From NCBI GenBank assembly GCA_039591485.1, contig JBDHDN010000003.1, positions 1 to 38,251 on the forward strand: a DNA stretch of 38,251 nucleotides. Direction: 5' to 3'. The DNA is from Gemmatimonadota bacterium. GTDB taxonomy: Bacteria; Gemmatimonadota; Gemmatimonadetes; Gemmatimonadales; GWC2-71-9. Every line of letters starts with the position of its first letter. The stretch's first letter is position 1. This document shows, piece by piece, positions 28,931-36,236 of this stretch. A program made the translations under genes and the position numbers. The notes under the pieces were generated by a model that saw nothing but the letters and a program-made list of their open reading frames with translations, was not told the DNA's origin and searched no databases.

Positions 28931-29071
28931 CTAGGGTGTGGAGGTCTCTCGGCCGTGATGCTTCAGGTCCTCGGCGAGGTAGACCGTTGCCATGCCGCCG
29001 CTGCCGATCTCCCGCTCGATCGTGTAGCGGTCGGCAAGGGCCTTCCTGAGGCGGCCCAGAACGTCTGACAT
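28931..29071 (-). pseudogene. Ser/Thr kinase 5' stub (46 codons)
   Basis: MSDVLGRLRKALADRYTIEREIGSGGMATVYLAEDLKHH then unrelated GRETSTP-TAG; closely parallels the N-terminus of the kinase at 25257. Missed by the ORF track. Confidence 0.9.
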
Positions 29072-29158
29072 GACTTCACTGCCCAGAATGGCGATGTGCC
29101 AACGATACGGTACGCGGACGCAGTGGGCTAGAACAAACCCTACAGATGTCCAGGGTTC

Positions 29159-29170
29159 AGACCCGCACCT
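29159..29170 (+). repeat. Single copy of the arm-like motif (AGACCCGCACCT)
   Basis: 11/12 identical to 25354-25365; 177 bp before the next copy. Confidence 0.45.
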
Positions 29171-29335
29171 GCCTTGAGTCGCCCCGGAGGCGGGTCCTTC
29201 CGCTCCGTGCTGTCAAGATGGGACCCGTTGGGCGAGCGAGGTGTGATGCCCACCAGCTCGGCAGCCAGTAGCGGAGCACTTGCGTTGCCGGTGACCCTAC
29301 CTAGCTCGGGGTCTGCAGATCTCGCAAGAATCGCG

Positions 29336-29372
29336 TGACCCGCATCTGGACCCGCGTCGATACCGGAAAATC
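29336..29372 (+). repeat. Tandem 12-bp motif pair, candidate arm sites at right end of cassette B
   Basis: TGACCCGCATCT-GGACCCGCGT...ACCGG...AATC, direct repeat of 25640-25676. Confidence 0.7.
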
Positions 29373-29462
29373 CGTTACGAATCCGTCTGACGTACTGGAA
29401 GATCCTACATCAGCAGTGTTGAAGCGGGCCTGTCTGCGACCCACCAATAGCCCCTGCTTCCG

Positions 29463-29513
29463 GTCGGAAGAGCTAGGCCGACAACAGGTTGGACGCTACT
29501 TTACGGGCGGTTC
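29463..29513 (+). promoter_or_regulatory. Putative promoter of the intact tRNA-Leu, supplied by cassette B
   Basis: TACTTT (-10-like) at 29497-29502, GC-rich spacer, and dyad GTCGG-N10-CCGAC upstream. Confidence 0.5.
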
Positions 29514-29596
29514 GCGGCCGTGGCGGAACTGGTAGACGCGCCAGCCTTAGGAGCTGGTGGGGTTTCCCCGTGTGGGTTCGACTCCCTCCGGCCGCA
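29514..29596 (+). tRNA. tRNA-Leu (anticodon TAG), CCA not encoded
   Basis: Acceptor GCGGCCG/CGGCCGC plus discriminator A; D-arm with GGTAGAC; anticodon arm CCAGC-CTTAGGA-GCTGG; variable arm GGGG-TTT-CCCC; T-loop TTCGACT. Confidence 0.96.
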
Positions 29597-29601
29597 TCGA
29601 C

Positions 29602-29634
29602 AAGCCCCGCACCGAACTAGCCGTTGCGGGGCTT
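29602..29634 (+). terminator. Hairpin downstream of tRNA-Leu
   Basis: AAGCCCCGCA (29602-29611) pairs with TGCGGGGCTT (29625-29634). Confidence 0.6.
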
Positions 29635-29691
29635 CGTGTGCGCACTCCGAGCGGTCAGGACAGGGGTGACAGGTCGCGGCCGCCGGCGGCA

Positions 29692-29708
29692 GCAAGCACC
29701 GTGCTTGC
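29692..29708. promoter_or_regulatory. Perfect palindrome, candidate operator upstream of the ACP gene
   Basis: GCAAGCAC-C-GTGCTTGC, 65 nt upstream of the ACP start. Confidence 0.35.
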
Positions 29709-29773
29709 CACTGGGGCGCCGGACCTCCAGAATTCGACTGCCAGTCCGTCATTTCTCGGCACAGGAGACAGCG

Positions 29774-30016
29774 ATGGAGCGCAGCGAGATCCAGCACCGT
29801 GTTACGAGCGTCGTGGCGAACGTGTTGAACGTCGATCCCGGCGAGGTACTGCCCGAGTCGAACCTCGTCTTCGACTTGGGAGCCGATTCCTTCTCGAGCG
29901 TCGAGTTGATCGCCGGCTTCGAGGAGGAGTTCGACATCGAGATGGACGAGGACAAGGCCCGCGAGGTCCAGACGGTCGAGGGAGCCGTCGATTTCATTGC
30001 GCAGTACATGAAGTAG
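29774..30016 (+). CDS. acpP: Acyl carrier protein
   Basis: 80 aa, acidic; DLGADSFSSVEL (phosphopantetheine Ser), FEEEFDIE and TVEGAVDFI; AGGAG RBS. May be a non-canonical paralogue. Confidence 0.88.
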   Translation: MERSEIQHRVTSVVANVLNVDPGEVLPESNLVFDLGADSFSSVELIAGFEEEFDIEMDEDKAREVQTVEGAVDFIAQYMK

Positions 30017-30047
30017 CGCTCCACCGGACCCACCTTCCGGAGTCATC

Positions 30048-32189
30048 ATGGTCGATCCCACCGCTCCGAGCCGAAACCGACTCGAGCCGATCTTCTCGCC
30101 GAAGTCCGTTGCCGTCGTTGGAGTCACGCGCGTTCCCGGTACCGTTCCCTACGACATCTTCCGGAACATCCTGAAAGACGATTTCCAGGGGACGATCTAT
30201 CCGGTCAGCCCCGGCGCGCGATCCATTGCCGGGGTCAAAGCGTACAAGTACGTCCTCGATATCCCCGATCCTATCGACCTGGCGGTGATCGTCTTCCCCG
30301 CCAACGTCGTCAAGCTGGCGCTGGAACAGTGCGGCGAGCGGGGTGTGAAGGGCGCGATCGTCATCAGCGCGGGATTCCGAGAGGTCGGCGCCGCCGGCTC
30401 GGCGCGCGAAGAGGAGATCAAGGGGATCGCTCGGAAGCACGGGATATCCATGATCGGGCCGAACTGCCTCGGGATGATCAACACCGACGCGAGCGTGCAC
30501 CTGAACGCGTCGTTTGCGCGCCGCATGCCGGCGGCGGGATCGATCGGGTTCCTGTCCCAGAGCGGTGCGCTGTGCACCGCGGTGCTTGACTACGCGCACG
30601 CGAAGCACATCGGCTTTTCCAAGTTCGTCTCCTTCGGCAACAAGGCTGACGTCAGCGACATCGATCTGATGCTGGCGCTCAAAGACGATCCCGCCACTAA
30701 GGTCATTCTCATGTACCTCGAGGAGATGATCGACGGGGCAGCGTTCGTCGACGCGGCCCGCACGGTGATCCACGAGGCAGGCAAGCCGGTGCTCGTGCTG
30801 AAGTCTGGACGGACGGAGCAGGGGGCATCGGCCGCCGCCTCACATACGGGATCGCTTGCGGCAAGCGACGAGATCGTGGACGCAGCACTCAAGCAGGCGG
30901 GTGTCATCCGGTGCCACACGATCGAGGAGATGTTCAACAACGCCATCGCGATGGCCTACCAGCCGCTTCCGCGGGGACGTCGCGTTGCGATCATCACGAA
31001 CGCCGGTGGCCCGGGCGTGCTGACGACCGACGCCGCCATCCACGAGAAGCTGGAGCTCGCAACCTTCTCCGAGCAGACGCGCGACACGTTCAAGCAGTCG
31101 CTGCCCGCGACGGCCAACCTCAATAACCCCGTGGACGTGATCGGCGACGCACGGGCCGACCGCTACCGCGTCGCGCTCGGAAGCGCGCTCGAGGACGAAA
31201 ACGTGGACGGCGCGCTCGTCATCCTCACACCGCAGTCGATGACCGACATCGACGTGATCGCGGAGGAGGTGTGCGATGTCGCGTCGGTGTATGACAAACC
31301 GACATACGCTTCGTTCATGGGTGAGACCGACGTCGCCTCGGGGATCACCATTCTGCAGCGCCGCAACATCCCACACTACGTGCTGCCCGAGTCCATGTGC
31401 CGCGCGTTTGCGCGGGCACACGACTTCCGGTCGGAGAGCGGGCGGCGGCTCACTCCGGCCCGTCACTTCGACGACGTGGACGTCGCAGCCGCGCGCAGTG
31501 CGCTCGAGGTCGCCATCGCCGCCGGGCGCACCTACCTGACCCCGTCCGACGCCATCAAGGTGCTGGACGCGTACCGACTGCCGGTGCTGCGCGGCGCCGT
31601 CGCGCACTCGGTGGAGGACGCCGCGCGCATGGCGGCGGACGTGGGCTTTCCGGTCGCAATGAAGGTCGAGTCGGACGACATCGTCCACAAGTTCGACGTC
31701 GGCGCGGTCGTACTTGCCGTCGAGACGCCCGAGGGCGCCTCCGCTGCGTACGAAACCATCATCACGAATGCCACGGCGCATCAACCGGAGGCCCGCATCA
31801 CCGGCGTGTACGTGCAGCGCATGGCGGGCGAAGGCGACGAGGTGATCCTCGGCGTCAAACGCGATCCGGCCTTCGGCCCCGTGGTGATGTTCGGCCTCGG
31901 TGGCCTGTTCGTCGAGATCTTCCGTGACGTGGCGTTCCGGATGGCCCCCATCCCACTCGAGCACGTCCGCGAGATGATGCACGAGGTCAGGGGATTGCCG
32001 ATCCTGACCGGGGCGCGCGGGCGCCCGCATCGCGACATGGAGGCCCTCGAAGAATGCCTCCAACGGCTGTCACAGCTGGTCGTCGACTGTCCGCAGATCC
32101 AGGAGCTCGACATCAACCCCCTGATCGTCCGCAATCGGGGGGACGGCTGCGCGGTCACCGACGCGCGGATCTTGGTCGCCGGCGCATGA
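30048..32189 (+). CDS. ADP-forming acetate/acyl-CoA ligase, fused alpha-beta (CoA-binding + ATP-grasp)
   Basis: PKSVAVVG, ISAGFRE, IGPNCLG, SQSGAL, GNKADV, ASHTGSL (phospho-His), NAGGPG, NPVDVIG, HKFDVG, FGPVVMFGLGG and ELDINPL. No GNAT domain. Confidence 0.92.
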   Translation: MVDPTAPSRNRLEPIFSPKSVAVVGVTRVPGTVPYDIFRNILKDDFQGTIYPVSPGARSIAGVKAYKYVLDIPDPIDLAVIVFPANVVKLALEQCGERGVKGAIVISAGFREVGAAGSAREEEIKGIARKHGISMIGPNCLGMINTDASVHLNASFARRMPAAGSIGFLSQSGALCTAVLDYAHAKHIGFSKFVSFGNKADVSDIDLMLALKDDPATKVILMYLEEMIDGAAFVDAARTVIHEAGKPVLVLKSGRTEQGASAAASHTGSLAASDEIVDAALKQAGVIRCHTIEEMFNNAIAMAYQPLPRGRRVAIITNAGGPGVLTTDAAIHEKLELATFSEQTRDTFKQSLPATANLNNPVDVIGDARADRYRVALGSALEDENVDGALVILTPQSMTDIDVIAEEVCDVASVYDKPTYASFMGETDVASGITILQRRNIPHYVLPESMCRAFARAHDFRSESGRRLTPARHFDDVDVAAARSALEVAIAAGRTYLTPSDAIKVLDAYRLPVLRGAVAHSVEDAARMAADVGFPVAMKVESDDIVHKFDVGAVVLAVETPEGASAAYETIITNATAHQPEARITGVYVQRMAGEGDEVILGVKRDPAFGPVVMFGLGGLFVEIFRDVAFRMAPIPLEHVREMMHEVRGLPILTGARGRPHRDMEALEECLQRLSQLVVDCPQIQELDINPLIVRNRGDGCAVTDARILVAGA

Positions 32190-32320
32190 TCGCGTGCGAC
32201 GAGGAGTACACGCACGCGACCGAGGTAACCACGATCACGCAGTTCACGGACATCGGGACCGCGCCATCTACGCGTCCGCGGCTCAGCAACCGGGCGTCTT
32301 GGAGCATCGCTCATGGATGA
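32186..32320 (+). CDS. Possible 44-aa small protein
   Basis: ATG overlaps the ligase stop (ATGA) and its TGA overlaps the next start by 8 nt; no recognisable motif. Confidence 0.3.
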   Translation: MIACDEEYTHATEVTTITQFTDIGTAPSTRPRLSNRASWSIAHG

Positions 32321-34289
32321 GCTGACGCAGGAGCAGATCGACCTCCTGACGGCACAGGGCTGCACCGCTGACGATTGGTCGCAGGTGTCTCTCGATCCTG
32401 CGGCCGACCTGTCCCGCCTCCGCAACGCGCACTTCCGGGGACACGTGAGGGTAGGAGCCAACGCGGCTGACGTCAGCGTCGACGGCGTGCGGCTGCCATG
32501 TGGCATCTTCGACGCCACGGTGGCCGACTGCTCCATCGGAGCGCACGTCCGCATCGCGCGCGTCGGCTCCGTGGTCGCGCGCTACGACATCGGCGACGGT
32601 GCGGTGATCCAGGACGTCGCCGCGCTGACGGCCGACGCCGGCGCCACGTTCGGGGTCGGAACCGAGATCGAGACCGTGAACGAGGCGGGGGGCCGAGTGG
32701 TGCGGCTGCTGCCCGAGCTCTCCGCGCAGACGGCGTACCTCCAGGCGTTCCGCCTGCACTCCGGCGAGCTACGGAGGGCTCTCGAGGCCCTGGTGAGCGT
32801 CGAGGTCGAGACGAGCCGCCGGGATCGTGGCGTCGTGGGTGCCAACGCCCATGTGCTCCACTGCGGCACGATCAGGAACGTCGTGATCGGCCCCCATGCC
32901 GTGATTCGGGGAGCGACACTGCTGGACGACGGGACCGTCCTGAGCTGCGTGGAGCACCCCACCGTGGTGGGCGAGGCGGTGCAGGCAAGCCACTTCGTCG
33001 TCGCGGAGGGCGCGAGCGTGACGGGCGGCGTCCTCTTGGACAAGGTGTTCGTGGGACAGGCGTGCAGGCTCGGTAAGCAGTTCTCGGCGGAGAGCTCCCT
33101 GTTCTTCGCCAACTGCGAGGGGTTTCACGGTGAGGCGGTCTCCGTCTTCGCCGGTCCGTACACGGTCACGCACCACAAGTCCACGCTGCTCATTGCATCC
33201 GTCCTCTCCTTCTACAACGCCGGGTCCGGCACGAACCAGAGCAATCACATGTACAAGCTCGGGCCCGTCCATCAGGGCGTGTTCGAGCGTGGCAGCAAGA
33301 CGGGATCGTTCTCCTACGTCTTGCACGAGACGCACGTCGGTCCGTTCAGCGTCATCATCGGCAAGCACTACACGAACTTCGACACGCCCAACCTGCCGTT
33401 TGCGTACATCCATGAGGTGGACGGCCGCTCCGAGATCATCCCCGGCCTGAATCTCTCCTCGATCGGCACGGTCCGCGACGGAGAGAAGTGGCCCGCGCGC
33501 GACAGGCGGAAGGCGCCCGCGCGGCGGGATCTGATCTCGTTCGACGTCTTCACGCCGTTCACGGTCGAGAGGATGCGCGCCGGCCGCGCGGCCCTGCAGC
33601 AGCTCCAGGAAACGACGCCGAAGGAGAAGTCCGTCGTACGGCTCGGCGGCGTCACCATCAAGCGGCTGCTGCTCAGGAAGTGCGCGAGGCTCTATGCGCA
33701 GGGCGTGACGCGCTACCTGAACGGTCACGTCCTCGATCGCATTGCTGCGGCGGCGGCCGGCCCGTGGGGCGAGGTGCAGCGCAAGCTGCAACCGGCCGTC
33801 GCGCTCGCCGATCCTCTCGCCTGGACCGACGTGGGAGGACTCCTGATGCCGGCGGAGCGACTCCGCTCGCTCGAGGCGGACATCGTCGCGGGCTCCGTGC
33901 GTTCCCCCCATGAACTGGACGAGCGATTCGCCGCCATTGCCGAGGCGTACGCGCAGGATGAGTGGGCATATGTCTGCGCTGCGTTTACCCAGGATTACGG
34001 CCATGCGCCTCATGCCATGTCACCCGAGCAGGCGCGGGCGCTGCACGCAGCCTATGACGAAGCCGCCGGTGCACTGCACGCATCCATCCTCGATGATGCC
34101 AGGATCGAGTTCGGCGCCTCGGCGCGCATTGGCTATGGGCTCGGCATGACCGAGGAGGAGCGGCTCGAGGATTTCACCGCGGTCCGCGGCAGCACCGACA
34201 CGAACGGGGTGGTGCAGAAGCTCGTCCAACAGAAGGCGGCCATGACCGAGCGCTCACGGCAGCTCACGGAGATCCTCGCGCGCTTCTGA
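32313..34289 (+). CDS. DUF4954 family protein (beta-helix/hexapeptide-like)
   Basis: LT.EQI..L..QGC.ADDW, SLFFANCEG.HGEA, FAGPYTVTHHKSTLLIA and NAGSGTNQSNHMYKLGP.HQG..ERG.KT, recalled as hallmarks of this family. Confidence 0.8.
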   Translation: MDELTQEQIDLLTAQGCTADDWSQVSLDPAADLSRLRNAHFRGHVRVGANAADVSVDGVRLPCGIFDATVADCSIGAHVRIARVGSVVARYDIGDGAVIQDVAALTADAGATFGVGTEIETVNEAGGRVVRLLPELSAQTAYLQAFRLHSGELRRALEALVSVEVETSRRDRGVVGANAHVLHCGTIRNVVIGPHAVIRGATLLDDGTVLSCVEHPTVVGEAVQASHFVVAEGASVTGGVLLDKVFVGQACRLGKQFSAESSLFFANCEGFHGEAVSVFAGPYTVTHHKSTLLIASVLSFYNAGSGTNQSNHMYKLGPVHQGVFERGSKTGSFSYVLHETHVGPFSVIIGKHYTNFDTPNLPFAYIHEVDGRSEIIPGLNLSSIGTVRDGEKWPARDRRKAPARRDLISFDVFTPFTVERMRAGRAALQQLQETTPKEKSVVRLGGVTIKRLLLRKCARLYAQGVTRYLNGHVLDRIAAAAAGPWGEVQRKLQPAVALADPLAWTDVGGLLMPAERLRSLEADIVAGSVRSPHELDERFAAIAEAYAQDEWAYVCAAFTQDYGHAPHAMSPEQARALHAAYDEAAGALHASILDDARIEFGASARIGYGLGMTEEERLEDFTAVRGSTDTNGVVQKLVQQKAAMTERSRQLTEILARF

Positions 34290-34402
34290 TCCCGGCACGA
34301 GGCATCTCACCGACGGCGTACCGAGCACTCTCCGGTACCTCTCCGGAACCTGGCTCGACGCGCATGCGTTGACCATCCTGAACCGGACGTCGGGGGTACG
34401 TC

Positions 34403-34936
34403 ATGCTCAGAAACCTCTCCGCTGCCCTTGTCCTGGGACTGCTCGCCGGGCCAGCCACTCCACTGTCCGCGCAGGTGATCCCATGGAGCCAATACGGTAG
34501 CGTCATCCAACAGCTCGGCGATACCGAGATCCAGATCCGCTACCGCCGGCCGGTGGCACGGGGGCGGGACCTGTTCGGTGCCCTCGTGCAATGGGGCGAG
34601 CCGTAGACACCGGGGGCCGACTCGGCGACGACCATACGTGTCAGTGGCGACGTGCTCGTCGCAGGACACGCCCTTCCTGCCGGGACGTACTCGATCTGGA
34701 TGATCCCGGACCCCGACGCGTGGACCATCATCCTGCACGAGGCCTGGCAGGTCTATCACACCCCCTACCCAGAAGGCAGGGAAGTCCTCCGCTTCACGAG
34801 GCCGCCGGACACCGGACAATACACGGAGACGCTCTCGTTTCATTTTCCCCGAGTCGACGGGCCGGAGGCGACGTTGGCATTCCAGTGGGGAACGACCCTC
34901 GTCGAGATCCCGATCTCGATCGAACAGGACCACTGA
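34403..34936 (+). pseudogene. DUF2911 family secreted protein interrupted by an in-frame TAG
   Basis: Signal peptide, Y.RPVARGRDLFGALV.WGEP*TPGADSAT and LPAGTYSIW.IP..DAWTII. TAG 34604-34606 is in frame with ORF 34652..34936. Confidence 0.85.
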
Positions 34937-35047
34937 CGAGGGCGTGTCCGGATCGAGAGGACCCGTGCCAGCTTGGTGGGCGCTCGGTCGGGGAACCCCT
35001 CACCCGAGCTGTCCGTTCTCTGGATACCAGAGTCACGGAGGCGCATC

Positions 35048-36154
35048 ATGCGGATACCGCCAACGCTCGCTTCGGCGATCGCGCTCGCGAGCGTGCCGAT
35101 CTCACTCGACGGGCAAGCCGACGAGGAGTGGAGCACCGACTTCTCCCGGCACACCGTGCCTCTCGATGAAATCGTCTCCGGCGGTCCACCCAAGGACGGC
35201 ATCCCCGCCATCGACGACCCCCGCTTCGTATCGGTCAGCGAGGCCGATCGCTTCCTCGAGGATCGCGAGCCCGTGGTGTTGCTCACGATCGCCGGAGCGG
35301 TCCGAGCCTACCCACTGCAAATCCTCATCTGGCACGAGATCGTCAATGACACGGTGAACGGTACACCGGTTGCGGTGACATACTGCCCGCTCTGCAACAC
35401 GGCGCTGGCGTTCGATCGCCGGCTCGACGGTCGCGTGCTCGACTTTGGTACCACCGGCCGTCTGCGGCACTCGGACCTGGTGATGTACGACCGACAGACG
35501 GAGTCCTGGTGGCAGCAGGCCACGGGAGAGGCGATCGTCGGCGAACTGGCCGGTCGCCGGCTCGACTTCATTCCGGCACCGCTGATCAGCTGGAAACAGT
35601 TCAAGCGCACCTATCCCGAGGCTCCGGTCCTCTCGCGCGATACCGGCTATCGGCGGGACTACGGCCGGAACCCCTACGTACGCTACGATGACCGCGGCGG
35701 CAGCCCATGGCCTTCGTTCTTCCGCCGGCAGACGGACGCGCGTCTGCCAGCGATGGAGCGCGTCGTATCCGTCCTGGTCGACGGTCGTGCCGCCGCGTAT
35801 TCGTTCGAGCACCTCGCCGACGTGGGGGTCGTCAACGATCGGGTCGCCGACCAGCCCCTCGCGATCTTCTGGGCGCCGGGTACGGCCAGCGCACTCGACG
35901 ACGGTCAGATCGCCGACGGTCGGGACGTCGGATCCACCAACGTCGTGCTACGTCGCGTCGGTGACCGTGAGCTCATTTTCGAGGCCGTCGCACCCGGTCG
36001 CTATCGCGACAAGGAGACAGGCTCCGAGTGGGACCTCCTTGGGCGAGCCGTCGCAGGAGAGCTCCGGGGTACGCGACTGCGGGCAGTGCCACATGGCAAT
36101 CACTTCTGGTTCGCCTGGGTGGTATTTCAACCGGACACGAAACTCGTGCGGTGA
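35048..36154 (+). CDS. DUF3179 family protein, secreted
   Basis: GGPPKDGIPAIDDP, RAYPLQILIWHEIVND, TYCPLCN, FGTTGRL..SDLVMYDRQTESWWQQ and FWFAW. GGAGG RBS. Confidence 0.88.
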   Translation: MRIPPTLASAIALASVPISLDGQADEEWSTDFSRHTVPLDEIVSGGPPKDGIPAIDDPRFVSVSEADRFLEDREPVVLLTIAGAVRAYPLQILIWHEIVNDTVNGTPVAVTYCPLCNTALAFDRRLDGRVLDFGTTGRLRHSDLVMYDRQTESWWQQATGEAIVGELAGRRLDFIPAPLISWKQFKRTYPEAPVLSRDTGYRRDYGRNPYVRYDDRGGSPWPSFFRRQTDARLPAMERVVSVLVDGRAAAYSFEHLADVGVVNDRVADQPLAIFWAPGTASALDDGQIADGRDVGSTNVVLRRVGDRELIFEAVAPGRYRDKETGSEWDLLGRAVAGELRGTRLRAVPHGNHFWFAWVVFQPDTKLVR

Positions 36155-36236
36155 GGATCGAGTTGACGGTGTCCGATACCGCCTCGCGGCAGTGGCACGA
36201 GATCTTCGTGATACAGGATCATCTGCACCGCACCCA

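Larger units (their letters stand above)
25526..29558. mobile_element. Integrase-less integrative cassette B at tRNA-Leu (repeat offset 3988 bp)
   Basis: Perfect 51-bp flanking direct repeat (25520-25570 / 29508-29558); internal near-terminal 21-bp repeats; visibly more A/T-rich cargo including gene fragments. Confidence 0.8.

Noticed and set aside
22365-29558. CRISPR array or classical integron
   Set aside because: Repeats are tRNA-derived and kilobases apart; no cas genes, IntI or attC-like palindromes were seen.
30048-32189. Protein lysine acetyltransferase Pat/PatZ
   Set aside because: No GNAT domain and the phospho-His motif ASHTG is intact, fitting an ADP-forming ligase.
35048-36154. 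Selenoprotein form of DUF3179
   Set aside because: The CxxC is encoded by TGC codons and there is no in-frame TGA.
35330-36205. 12-mer TGGCACGAGATC repeated at 35330 and 36194
   Set aside because: A single short match, one copy inside a conserved coding motif, without a sigma-54 -12 box; compatible with chance.
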